Source: a virus
Strand: one strand, 5' to 3'
IMG/VR virus record: IMGVR_UViG_3300045988_112125
DNA length: 46,438 nt
Position 1 is the first letter of the stretch. Every line of letters starts with the position of its first letter. Position numbers and translations under genes: made by a program. A model generated the notes under the pieces. The model searched no databases. It worked only from the letters and a program-made list of their open reading frames with translations, and had not been told where the DNA came from. Shown here one piece after another: positions 35,692 to 44,155 of the stretch.

Positions 35692-35992
35692 TTTATTACC
35701 CGGTACCGTGCTGTACCCCATTTATGTACAGCTCCCTCCACCTCGTGCCTTTGCTATCGGCTGGCCCTCCCGGGTATATGTAGCTTACTTAGTGTTGTGT
35801 CAAGGACGTTGTTGTTAAGGTACTGACTGTTAACACCAGTAAGAATACACCATTATTTTCCTGCACCGTCCAGTGGTGACTGGGTGCAGAAGTTCAAGCC
35901 CACTTGCACCTGTTTACACCCGGTGCCTCGGTAGAGTATTGTTTTACAGCGGTCTCCTCCGCTCTTGCTTGAGCACTACCCTCAACTGAGGA
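35692..35992 (-). ncRNA. Candidate structured RNA / long structured tRNA leader (class unknown)
   Basis: ~300 nt with no credible ORF on either strand, starting just downstream of promoter 36000..36028 and ending at the tRNA. Several perfect helices are present, for example 35710-35716/35726-35732 and the long-range pair 35697-35703/35770-35776. Confidence 0.45.
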
Positions 35993-35999
35993 TGTAGTA

Positions 36000-36028
36000 A
36001 TTATTGCACACTTTCCTGAAAAAGTCAA
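36000..36028 (-). promoter_or_regulatory. SigA-type promoter (TTGACT-17-TGcAATAAT)
   Basis: Minus strand reads cgaaaagtgcTTGACT ttttcaggaaagtgtgc AATAAT, located just after the polA stop. Confidence 0.7.
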
Positions 36029-36083
36029 GCACTTTTCGTAGAAATTTTGCAATTTTCGTTAAAGCCTTATATTCAACTAAGTT

Positions 36084-37808
36084 TTAGTGGGTTCCCCACT
36101 TTCCAACACCACAGTCTGAGTCAAGTTTTACTCTCAGCTTCACGCCAAACTTGTCCATTAGCGCCGGGTGTGCCATAATTTCCTTGATTCTGGGTACAAT
36201 CCAGTCCTTGTCTTCTTCTCTGAACTCACCGAGGATTGAATCATGGACTGTTCCGACAATTTTTAACCCATAAGGAGTTAACTCCTTATGTATCTGTATG
36301 GCAGCACTCAGGAGTATGTCTGAGCCTGTACCCTGTACCGGGGTGTTAATGGCTCTACGCTCTGCACCACCTTTCTTACCCCAGTCTCTACTGTAAATAT
36401 CGGGGAGCTTCCTAAACCGTCCGAAAAGATTGTAAACACCGCCCAGAGCTTCGGCTTTTCTACGCTGTTCTTCATGCCACGGCAGCAGTCTGGAATACTT
36501 TGCGAAAAACAGTTCACGGAACCGCTCAGCCTCTGACAAAGTAAACACCACACCGTAAGAGGCAAAAGCATAATCAACGAACTTTTTGGCCCCCATGCCG
36601 TACAGGAACCCGAAGTTAACAGCTTTGGCCTTGCCTCGCTCTTCCTTTGTAGGCTGACGGCCTCCTGTCATTAGCATAGCTGTTTCTGTGTGGATGTCGC
36701 CATCTTCAGCATAAATTTTGAGCATGGTAGGCTCATTGGCATAGTGAGCAGCAATTCTGAGTTCCAGCTGGGAATAGTCTGCCTCAAAGAAACATCGGCC
36801 CTCTGTGGCATGGAATAGCCCTCTAACGTCCTTTGTCCGTGGTACTTGCTGTAAGTTTGGGTCTGTGCAGCTTGTCCGTCCGGACACCACATTAGTTAAG
36901 TTGAACGATGGGTGTATTCTACCGGTATAAGAGCTGTCCTCGCCCCAACGATTTAGGAACATTTTGTTCAGGGTATTTGCAGCTGTATAGTCAAGAATCA
37001 TGTTAGGAATCTCATACCCCTGTGAGGCCAGTCTTTTTAGGGCTTTTGCACTAGTACTAGGTTCACCTTTTGGGGTCTTTTCTACCACTGGCAAGCACTC
37101 CCCTTTAGGGCTTTTGAACAGCACTTCAGCCTTCTGCTGTGGGCTGTTCCAGTTTATATCATATTTCTTCTTAAGAGCTTCCAGCTTTTCAGCTTCAATG
37201 TCTTTATATTTCTTCTTTACAACCTTAAACTCTTCCCTGTCAAAGTATATGCCGTTTCTTTCCACATCACGATACATAAGGTAGGCAGGTTTAAGAAGCT
37301 TAAGATATATCGCCATCTGCTCCTCTGTCAGCTTTTTCCAGAAAAATCGGAATAACTCCCATGTGTACCTGACGTCTTTCTTAAGATATGGTATTAGGGT
37401 GTTACGGCTGTCTGCATTCTTATTCAGCTTGTCAGCCTTCTTTATATCCCAATCCTCTACCCCTAAGTATCTTTTAGCCATGGCCTTAAGACCATGTTCA
37501 GCAGCTAAATCATACGCTGTACCCATTAGCATTACATCATGTGTTATTGGTATTTTTATGTCATAGGCTGTTTCAATAAATAGTGTGTCAAACTTACCAT
37601 TTTGAAATACAGTCTTAGCTTTATTTCTTTTAAACTCATCCACCAAACTTTTAAATGTGTACTCATTCTCTGGCTTACTCATGTCAAGGATATACCCTTT
37701 ATAAATTTTGCTGTCCGGGTCTCTTGCTACCCCTATACCGATGAAAGTTATTCTATCCTTGAATCGGTTTAGTCCAGTGGTCTCTATATCAATCGTTACA
37801 TACATCAA
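36084..37808 (-). CDS. Family A DNA polymerase with 3'-5' exonuclease domain
   Basis: Exo I TIDIETTGL, motif A DYSQLELRIAAH, motif B RGKAKAVNFGFLYGMG, motif C VHDSIL. Confidence 0.95.
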   Translation of the reverse strand: MMYVTIDIETTGLNRFKDRITFIGIGVARDPDSKIYKGYILDMSKPENEYTFKSLVDEFKRNKAKTVFQNGKFDTLFIETAYDIKIPITHDVMLMGTAYDLAAEHGLKAMAKRYLGVEDWDIKKADKLNKNADSRNTLIPYLKKDVRYTWELFRFFWKKLTEEQMAIYLKLLKPAYLMYRDVERNGIYFDREEFKVVKKKYKDIEAEKLEALKKKYDINWNSPQQKAEVLFKSPKGECLPVVEKTPKGEPSTSAKALKRLASQGYEIPNMILDYTAANTLNKMFLNRWGEDSSYTGRIHPSFNLTNVVSGRTSCTDPNLQQVPRTKDVRGLFHATEGRCFFEADYSQLELRIAAHYANEPTMLKIYAEDGDIHTETAMLMTGGRQPTKEERGKAKAVNFGFLYGMGAKKFVDYAFASYGVVFTLSEAERFRELFFAKYSRLLPWHEEQRRKAEALGGVYNLFGRFRKLPDIYSRDWGKKGGAERRAINTPVQGTGSDILLSAAIQIHKELTPYGLKIVGTVHDSILGEFREEDKDWIVPRIKEIMAHPALMDKFGVKLRVKLDSDCGVGKWGTH

Positions 37809-38161
37809 GACTCCTCCATGCTCGTATTGTGGGCACAGTTATCATATATACCCATGCACCGACCATAGTTTGTAACTGGGTATCTTTTGGAACTCTTAAG
37901 CCTACACCTTCCATGGTTTTCTGTGTACCCATCACGGTTAAAATAATCACAGTTTTTACATATTCCACGGTTTTTTATCTGCTCTCTTACTACAACATGG
38001 TACTGGAGGCTGTCCAGTATGGACAGCAGCTCCTTATAGCTGAGCTTTACCTCATCCTCACAGCCTTTGTTTACCACCATGCCGGACTTTTGTTTTTCCT
38101 CCAGTTTCTTTTCTACCATCTTGTGAAGCACGATAAAAGCCTTTTCTACCTCTGTTATCAT
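37805..38161 (-). CDS. Hypothetical Cys-rich protein (118 aa)
   Basis: The C-terminal half carries CKNC...C...C...C. Its stop (37805-37807) overlaps the polA start codon. Confidence 0.6.
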   Translation of the reverse strand: MITEVEKAFIVLHKMVEKKLEEKQKSGMVVNKGCEDEVKLSYKELLSILDSLQYHVVVREQIKNRGICKNCDYFNRDGYTENHGRCRLKSSKRYPVTNYGRCMGIYDNCAHNTSMEES

Positions 38162-38328
38162 ATTCCAATTACCTTAGCCAGCTTCTTAGTGTAGTCCTCA
38201 AGTTCCTTGTTATCTCTGCACACTTCTATCAGCTGGTTTCTATACCCTGTGTAAATATCATATCTCCGGCACCTTGGATGGTACCTTTCAGCTATCATAA
38301 GTATATTCTCAGCTTTTGCGTTTATCAT
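38158..38328 (-). CDS. Small hypothetical protein (56 aa; below the ORF-track cutoff)
   Basis: The ATG lies 3 nt after the primase stop with a GAGAGG RBS. Its stop overlaps the downstream ATG (ATGA), and the ORF fills an otherwise empty 170-nt gap. Confidence 0.55.
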   Translation of the reverse strand: MINAKAENILMIAERYHPRCRRYDIYTGYRNQLIEVCRDNKELEDYTKKLAKVIGI

Positions 38329-38331
38329 GAT

Positions 38332-40260
38332 TTACCTCTCTTTCTTCTTAAGAGTAATACCTTTCCACCCAGCTTCCCTTTTTGCACCTAGCCGGACTTC
38401 TTCAAAACCTTGACTCCTCATGTTACGTATGAACCCCTGTTTTTTATGGTATTCTCTTCCTAAATCGTTGCAGAAGTCAATATAATCTTGGTATATCTCA
38501 TCCTTTGATATTGCTAAGTCAGGCCCTACCACGCACTTTTTAGCAATAAACGCGTGAATGCTGTCACTATCCTGTCTGAGGTCTTCCACAAGCTTATTAC
38601 TTCGCTCTGTCTGTGGTATTTCCATTACTGGTAGTAGGTGAAGAAGGTATGGAATAATTTCCTCAACACCGTTTGTACATAAGTCGTTTACATAAGCATC
38701 ATTGAGGAACAGCTCATTTTCCATGTTCAAAATACGCATTCTTTTATAAAAGGCATTGGATTTTTCTTCAAGCTGCAAAGGCATCTGATTAAAAGAGAAC
38801 AGTAGCTTGCAAAATGGCTTAAAGAAGAACGGCTCCTTACCCTTTTTTTCATGCATTATCGAGTCCCCACCTGTAATCTTTTTAATATTTTCAATACCGC
38901 TTAAAGGCATTGAGCCATTATCACCGCAAGCATTCAGCAACCTTCCGTGGAGCTGTGCCGGGTAAAACTTCATGTTCAGTTCGTGCATACTTAATGCCGA
39001 TGTATTCTCCTTGCCTACAATACTTTCAATGAACCGTATAAGGACTGACTTTCCTGTATTAGACTTACCAAGCAGTACCATGAAAGTTTTCAGGCTATTT
39101 GATAAAGTCATACAGTAGGCCATGTACCTAAGAACCATCTTTATATCCTCATTTTTCAGCTTAGTCTTTTTTAAAAAACCGTACAACCTGCTATCAGTAA
39201 ACTTTACATATAACCCCACCTCGTGTGGAATCTGTATGGTTTGCAGGTACTTTTTGTCATGTGGGAGGAGCTTTTGTGCTTCTATATCCCACACACCGTT
39301 TCTAAAGTTGATAAGGTTTTTGTCTTTGTTCAGCTGGTCTGGTGACTTTTGTATTGCTACATCGTCTATCAGTAGTCTGAAGCACTCCATAATTGTTGGC
39401 TGAGTGATAAATTTATCATAAGCTATCAGCTCTCTCATTATACCTCTTACTGTAGAGCTTGCCTCCCGGTAGACACCGTTCTGGTACAGGTAGCACTCAC
39501 CACCCATAGCAAATATGTCTCCACGATTGACAAAATAATCACACAAAGCTCTTCTGTTAACCTGAACTGGTGCCCCTTTAGAGCTGTATATGATATATGG
39601 ATTGCCTTCTGGATTCTTAGCCTCATAGTTCTTAGTATTGTCTATGATTCTAAGCAGTTCACGCTCTTCCACAGGTTCACCAAAAACAATATCATTTATA
39701 ATGTGTGCCATCTTGTCAACTTGTTTGTCTGTGGCACCACGATTTTTGTAGGCCATCAGATGACTGAACAGTGAAGCGTTACGCCCATCACCTTCTTTAA
39801 GCCCATATAAAGAATCACGTCTATGCAAAGGAGTCATACACTCAGGCATATCAATAATGTTTGTACGCTTATTGAATGTTCTTCCTTCGCTGCCAAAGGG
39901 TAGAATAACATACCCTTTTCCAGCACACCTATAGTCACATTTAAGACCGCAAGGAAGAATCATACCTACATTTTGGGTGTACTCTTTTTCTGTCTTAAAG
40001 TATACGTGAAGCCCTTTAGGGGTTTTCGCCATAAGCGTTCTAATCCTAAGTTCTTTAACCACCTTTAAAGCCTCTTCCTTGCCCTCATCTATGTCTACTA
40101 TGATGTGCCCCGGTGTTACCCACCACCCAATTTGTCCACCTGAGAAAATATGCTCCTGTGCCTCTTTAAGCCCAACTATTCTTGCATCAATACGCTTTTT
40201 ACCTAAGCACTTTACATAACTTCCATTGCCTATGAGCTCATCAAATTCTTTAAGAGTCAT
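38332..40260 (-). CDS. Bifunctional primase-polymerase / SF3 (D5/P4-type) helicase
   Basis: N-terminal prim-pol-like region (HIIVDIDEG...GLHVYF) and a central Walker A LLGKSNTGKS. 642 aa. Confidence 0.85.
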   Translation of the reverse strand: MTLKEFDELIGNGSYVKCLGKKRIDARIVGLKEAQEHIFSGGQIGWWVTPGHIIVDIDEGKEEALKVVKELRIRTLMAKTPKGLHVYFKTEKEYTQNVGMILPCGLKCDYRCAGKGYVILPFGSEGRTFNKRTNIIDMPECMTPLHRRDSLYGLKEGDGRNASLFSHLMAYKNRGATDKQVDKMAHIINDIVFGEPVEERELLRIIDNTKNYEAKNPEGNPYIIYSSKGAPVQVNRRALCDYFVNRGDIFAMGGECYLYQNGVYREASSTVRGIMRELIAYDKFITQPTIMECFRLLIDDVAIQKSPDQLNKDKNLINFRNGVWDIEAQKLLPHDKKYLQTIQIPHEVGLYVKFTDSRLYGFLKKTKLKNEDIKMVLRYMAYCMTLSNSLKTFMVLLGKSNTGKSVLIRFIESIVGKENTSALSMHELNMKFYPAQLHGRLLNACGDNGSMPLSGIENIKKITGGDSIMHEKKGKEPFFFKPFCKLLFSFNQMPLQLEEKSNAFYKRMRILNMENELFLNDAYVNDLCTNGVEEIIPYLLHLLPVMEIPQTERSNKLVEDLRQDSDSIHAFIAKKCVVGPDLAISKDEIYQDYIDFCNDLGREYHKKQGFIRNMRSQGFEEVRLGAKREAGWKGITLKKKER

Positions 40261-40331
40261 ATCTTAACCCCTTACTCGTTTTAACTATGAAAATGATAAA
40301 TTACCTGTTGTCACTTCTTCCGTACGATACG

Positions 40332-40727
40332 CTACACACATGGAAGAAGAGCCTCGCTATCACAACTCCTACACAAACTGCTCACAGGCTTGTCCTCAAT
40401 TTCTCTGTCTTCTGTGGTGATCTGCTGAGTTTTTTTGCCGGTCTTCAGCCATCTGTTCAGCCTGTTAATTTTGACCTCTTTTCTGGCCTCAATCTCTGAC
40501 TGGTTAAGTTCCATTATGGCTTTCACATGCTCCAGAATAACCTCTACATCTGCTACCTCGTCTATGACTTTGTCATGTAACTCAGCTCTTGCGTCAGCCT
40601 CGCTATCATATCTAGGGTATTTCGCCAAAACACAGGCTAGCTCATTAAGTTCCTCAATGCAGACCATGATCTGATTCTTACTACCGTATACTTCTCTGGC
40701 CTTAGCCAGTACCTCATTATTACTCAT
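40332..40727 (-). CDS. MazG-like nucleoside triphosphate pyrophosphohydrolase
   Basis: CIEELNELACVL...KVIDEVADVEVILEH, matching the EExxE...DExxD all-alpha NTP-PPase pattern. Confidence 0.7.
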   Translation of the reverse strand: MSNNEVLAKAREVYGSKNQIMVCIEELNELACVLAKYPRYDSEADARAELHDKVIDEVADVEVILEHVKAIMELNQSEIEARKEVKINRLNRWLKTGKKTQQITTEDREIEDKPVSSLCRSCDSEALLPCV

Positions 40728-40738
40728 GCGCTACCTCC

Positions 40739-41221
40739 TTAATTATTCTTATCTGGTGCTTTCCAATCAACGTGATGAACTGCTACTCCACCGGCCTCAA
40801 GTATTGCAGCTGTGTAAGGCGAAATTTCCTCGTCACGGCCATAGAACACTTCCTTAATACCAGCAGCTGTAATAGCTCTAGCACAGGCTTCACAAGGATA
40901 CCGGGTTACAACCATAATTGCGCCAGCGGTATCTATACCCACTGAAGCTGCTCTGGAAATGGCATCCACCTCGCTATGAATGCTGTTGCAATCAGATGGG
41001 AGCCTGTGCTGCTTTGAGTCATCACCATACAGCTTCACACGTCTGCACCCGTCTTTAATGCAGTCATAGCCTATCCCACGGTTAGCTCCGTAGACAATGT
41101 ACCCACTTTTAGACAAAAGAGCACAGCCTACTTTTACTTTTGTGCATCCTGAATATTCATTAGCATACTCCTGAGCTTTTTCAAAAAACTCGTTTATAAT
41201 CTGTCTTACTTTATCTGTCAT
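40739..41221 (-). CDS. dCMP deaminase (ComEB/cytidine-deaminase fold)
   Basis: Zinc motifs HSEVDAI and PCEACARAI. 160 aa. Confidence 0.85.
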   Translation of the reverse strand: MTDKVRQIINEFFEKAQEYANEYSGCTKVKVGCALLSKSGYIVYGANRGIGYDCIKDGCRRVKLYGDDSKQHRLPSDCNSIHSEVDAISRAASVGIDTAGAIMVVTRYPCEACARAITAAGIKEVFYGRDEEISPYTAAILEAGGVAVHHVDWKAPDKNN

Positions 41222-41226
41222 ACTTT

Positions 41227-41796
41227 CTACCTCCCCATAATCTTGCTGGCTCCCATGTCTGCCATGTGAGTATAAAGTACGTTAGGATACTTGTGAATAG
41301 CTGCATCAAATTCATTCCACTCATCTGTCTGGTATGCACCCATGTGATACCGAATGCAAAGCATCTCTTCTTCTGTTAAGTCCGGCACAAGCTGTAAAGC
41401 CCTAATAACTGACAGCTCCCCGTGTCCTTTCCATACAAGGTTTTTTGTGTATTCGTAGTGGTAATTTACAGTGGCCTCGTCACAGTCCCAAGAGTCAGCT
41501 ACCTGTGTATATGTACCCAACTTACATAAATCGTGCAGCATGCCTACAATAATCGGGGAATCCACCCTCTTCCACTTAAGCCCTAACCGCAAAGTACACT
41601 TGCAAAGTAGCTCAGTGACAGCGATACTGTGACTCATAAGACCACCCTCTACAGCCCCGTGATACTTTGCGCTGGCTGGGCAGGTTAAGTAACCCATATT
41701 GATAAGTCTGTCACATGCTTTACCCTGTAACCGAGTACCTATAAGAATATCTCTTAATACCTCTTCCTGCTCAGTAATGTTAACTCTCTTTGTCAT
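41227..41796 (-). CDS. HD-domain phosphohydrolase
   Basis: PASAKYHGAVEGGLMSHS and MLHDLCK (H...HD). Resembles the YhaM-type HD module. Confidence 0.7.
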   Translation of the reverse strand: MTKRVNITEQEEVLRDILIGTRLQGKACDRLINMGYLTCPASAKYHGAVEGGLMSHSIAVTELLCKCTLRLGLKWKRVDSPIIVGMLHDLCKLGTYTQVADSWDCDEATVNYHYEYTKNLVWKGHGELSVIRALQLVPDLTEEEMLCIRYHMGAYQTDEWNEFDAAIHKYPNVLYTHMADMGASKIMGR

Positions 41797-42121
41797 GTTC
41801 TCCTCCTATTTTACAGTACTCAGCTACAGATGATACGTAGCAACTGATACTGGGTTTTTTATTTCCCATAAGTACACTGAGCACAAGCTCATCCGGGCAC
41901 CTCTCCGTGGACTTAGCTATCGCATATCGTGCAGCCCTCTCTACAGCTTTCCAATGTGCGTTGTGAGTACTGCCTATTTTTTTGTACTCCCTACAAAAAG
42001 AAATATCTGCGCCCTTTTCTACAGCTTCTTTTGTACATTCCACAAGGTACTCAAACCCTTTAAGATGGACTGGAACTCCCATTTTAAATAGGAGCCTTCT
42101 GACCTTTAAATCTAAGCTCAA
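41780..42121 (-). CDS. Stand-alone Spo0A C-terminal (DNA-binding) domain protein
   Basis: TTG start 5 nt after GGAGGTG. MGVPVHLKGFEYLVEC, AVERAARYAIAKS and KKPSISCYVSSVAEY parallel B. subtilis Spo0A IGVPAHIKGYLYLREA, RVERAIRHAIEVA and KPTNSEFIAMVAD. No receiver domain is present. Confidence 0.75.
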   Translation of the reverse strand: MSLDLKVRRLLFKMGVPVHLKGFEYLVECTKEAVEKGADISFCREYKKIGSTHNAHWKAVERAARYAIAKSTERCPDELVLSVLMGNKKPSISCYVSSVAEYCKIGGEHDKES

Positions 42122-42139
42122 CTAATCACCTCCGTCATT

Positions 42140-42168
42140 ATTATATCACGTTTTTCGACAAAAGTCAA
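42140..42168 (-). promoter_or_regulatory. SigA-type promoter (TTGACT-17-TGaTATAAT)
   Basis: Minus strand reads TTGACT tttgtcgaaaaacgtga TATAAT. Confidence 0.75.
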
Positions 42169-42188
42169 CCAGAAAAATTCTTATCACA

Positions 42189-42416
42189 CTACCTATCTTT
42201 CATCAGCTCCTTAAGCTTCTCGAACTCGCTTGGAGTCATTGTCACGCCCTTTCCCATTTTTGTGTGGTCTGGGCTCCATGCACGGATATCATACTTAGGC
42301 TCGTTACCGTTCCATGCTACCCGGTTTACCTCTACAGCCCAACCATTTTCGTCACGCACGCTTAAAACGCCCAACTTTTCCACAATCTCAAAAGTGAAGT
42401 CTTTATTCTTAGTCAT
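42189..42416 (-). CDS. YdbC/PC4-like ssDNA-binding protein
   Basis: The motif VAWNGNEPKYDIRAWSPDHTKMGKGVTMT closely matches the L. lactis YdbC motif WNDAEPKYDIRTWSPDHEKMGKGITL as I recall it. Confidence 0.8.
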   Translation of the reverse strand: MTKNKDFTFEIVEKLGVLSVRDENGWAVEVNRVAWNGNEPKYDIRAWSPDHTKMGKGVTMTPSEFEKLKELMKDR

Positions 42417-42517
42417 GTTATCTTACCTCCGTAGACTTGTTCATCATGTTTTCCTTACACCTATCAGGGATAATTTTGCTTTCCATGTACCCTATACATT
42501 CCTTCTCATACTACCCC

Positions 42518-42802
42518 TTATTTGCTTTTTTCTATCAACTTTTTAAGCTCTGACTCAGCTCTTAATACAGCGAGCTTCTGAACCTTTACGACCGTAAAGA
42601 TATTCCCTACAGACGTATTCAGGTACTCTGTACACTCAGATAATGTTCTGAACCCTGAGCTGCACGCCAGACCTGACGGTATATGCGTCACTGTGTACAG
42701 GTTTTCGTACTTTGTGATGGCAAGGTCTTCATACTGGGTGTAGTACCCTTCGGCCTTGACTGCTTCATGGTGCAGCCGTACATAAAACTCTCCTCTTTTC
42801 AT
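42518..42802 (-). CDS. Hypothetical protein (94 aa)
   Basis: ORF in the operon. No family recognised. Confidence 0.55.
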   Translation of the reverse strand: MKRGEFYVRLHHEAVKAEGYYTQYEDLAITKYENLYTVTHIPSGLACSSGFRTLSECTEYLNTSVGNIFTVVKVQKLAVLRAESELKKLIEKSK

Positions 42803-42810
42803 AGCACCAC

Positions 42811-43143
42811 CTAATCAAAACTACACTCAACGTCAGCCCGGTTTCTGAGCATCTCCTTAAGTGAGTCAAAGGTTTCCTCGTCATTCTGGATAAGGCCCAC
42901 GTACTCATCAGCTTTTCGCCAGACGTTTAAAATTCTCTTCTGCTTAAACCCGTGGAGCTCCTCCAGAGCCAAACCGAAAATAGTGAAGTAGATCTCCACC
43001 TCGACTTCATGTGCTGCCTGCTCACGAGCTTTTAGTGTCTGTTCCAGCTGTGGTGACAGCCTCTGTTCAAGGTTTTTTGCGACCCTAATGTTTCTCTCCT
43101 GCTGACGACGTACCTGCCTGCTAAGGCTTTTGTGTTTTCCCAT
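42811..43143 (-). CDS. Hypothetical protein (110 aa)
   Basis: ORF with GGAGGAATG-region RBS. Basic N-terminus. No family recognised. Confidence 0.55.
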   Translation of the reverse strand: MGKHKSLSRQVRRQQERNIRVAKNLEQRLSPQLEQTLKAREQAAHEVEVEIYFTIFGLALEELHGFKQKRILNVWRKADEYVGLIQNDEETFDSLKEMLRNRADVECSFD

Positions 43144-43145
43144 AA

Positions 43146-43313
43146 TTACATTCCTCCTAGATACGAAAATACTATTGAAGCTGCAAAAGTCAGTGTAGAA
43201 TACACTACTCTTGAGTAGTCCTCTTTTCTAGCCATGGACTTAAAAGCCCGGAGCCACAGATTACACATACTGCAAAGTGCGTACATAAAAGTTAAAAATA
43301 CTACCAGAATCAT
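43146..43313 (-). CDS. Small two-TM membrane protein (55 aa; below the ORF-track cutoff)
   Basis: The ATG at 43313 lies 10 nt after the upstream stop, and its stop lies 2 nt before the next ATG. Two hydrophobic stretches are present. Confidence 0.5.
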   Translation of the reverse strand: MILVVFLTFMYALCSMCNLWLRAFKSMARKEDYSRVVYSTLTFAASIVFSYLGGM

Positions 43314-43323
43314 GTTATACCCC

Positions 43324-44142
43324 CTATTTACTCAAGTTCCACTCAATCTTGTTAGCGTATCTGGGCTTTTCAGCATCAATCTGACGACCATCCACTTTAC
43401 TGAACTTTACCGGCCCCTTATTGGTCTGCACCTCGATGAGCTTACTGCTGTGTCTGGTGATTTTATATACACCTACCACCATGCCTGTAAACGTCATCAG
43501 TCTTGCATACCCGTATTCAAGTGGCGTTTTCTCCTGAGATCGTCCTGATGGCTTTTTGCTGGTCTTTTTTGGTTCGGTATGGTTTTCCTTGACTGTCTTC
43601 TTTTTGCTAACCTGTGGCTTATCCTGTGTGCTCTCTGTGGGCTCTGCTGACTCAGACTGTTCTGATTTTCTGGGTTTTCCCTTTACAGGCTTATTCATAA
43701 ACCCCTTAGCGAATTTGTTCTCCACTTTCTTCGGCTTAGGCTGTGGAGTGGGCTCAATCTTCTCAAGCTCTTCCCCGTTGAAGTATGCCTTTACTATCTT
43801 GATAGCCCCTTTAACCCACATAGTGTTAGGACTGTCAAGATACTCAGCCACAGGAGATGCCTTTCCATCACTGCTTACTACTACAAGATAGAAATTCCAT
43901 TGTAAATCCTGAGAACTCCACTTACATACGTCACACACTTCATATATTCCCGGTATAACCTCAACGTATCCATGCTCATCCCTCGGCCTTGATATGTCTG
44001 TCTTAAGCTCATACCTTACACGCCCGTTTTCAGTTATCTTTAGCCCTTTAGGCTCTGTGATTCTTGCCACAAAGCCTCCTATATTGTGCTTGAGGGATAA
44101 AACCTCCTCAAAATTTATTCTGATGAGTTCTCTCTTTTTCAT
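43324..44142 (-). CDS. Hypothetical protein with C-terminal FTGM small domain (start moved to MKKRELIR)
   Basis: AAGGAG RBS 7 nt before the ATG at 44142. The ORF-track start at 44199 would overlap the upstream gene. Has a basic central linker. Confidence 0.6.
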   Translation of the reverse strand: MKKRELIRINFEEVLSLKHNIGGFVARITEPKGLKITENGRVRYELKTDISRPRDEHGYVEVIPGIYEVCDVCKWSSQDLQWNFYLVVVSSDGKASPVAEYLDSPNTMWVKGAIKIVKAYFNGEELEKIEPTPQPKPKKVENKFAKGFMNKPVKGKPRKSEQSESAEPTESTQDKPQVSKKKTVKENHTEPKKTSKKPSGRSQEKTPLEYGYARLMTFTGMVVGVYKITRHSSKLIEVQTNKGPVKFSKVDGRQIDAEKPRYANKIEWNLSK

Positions 44143-44155
44143 ATTTATCTCCTTT

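Noticed and set aside
35692-35992. Assigning the structured region to tmRNA, RNase P RNA, a group I intron or GOLLD/ROOL
   Set aside because: I could not find a tag-ORF or tRNA-like ends, or other class hallmarks. The size (~300 nt) is well below GOLLD/ROOL. The class is left open.
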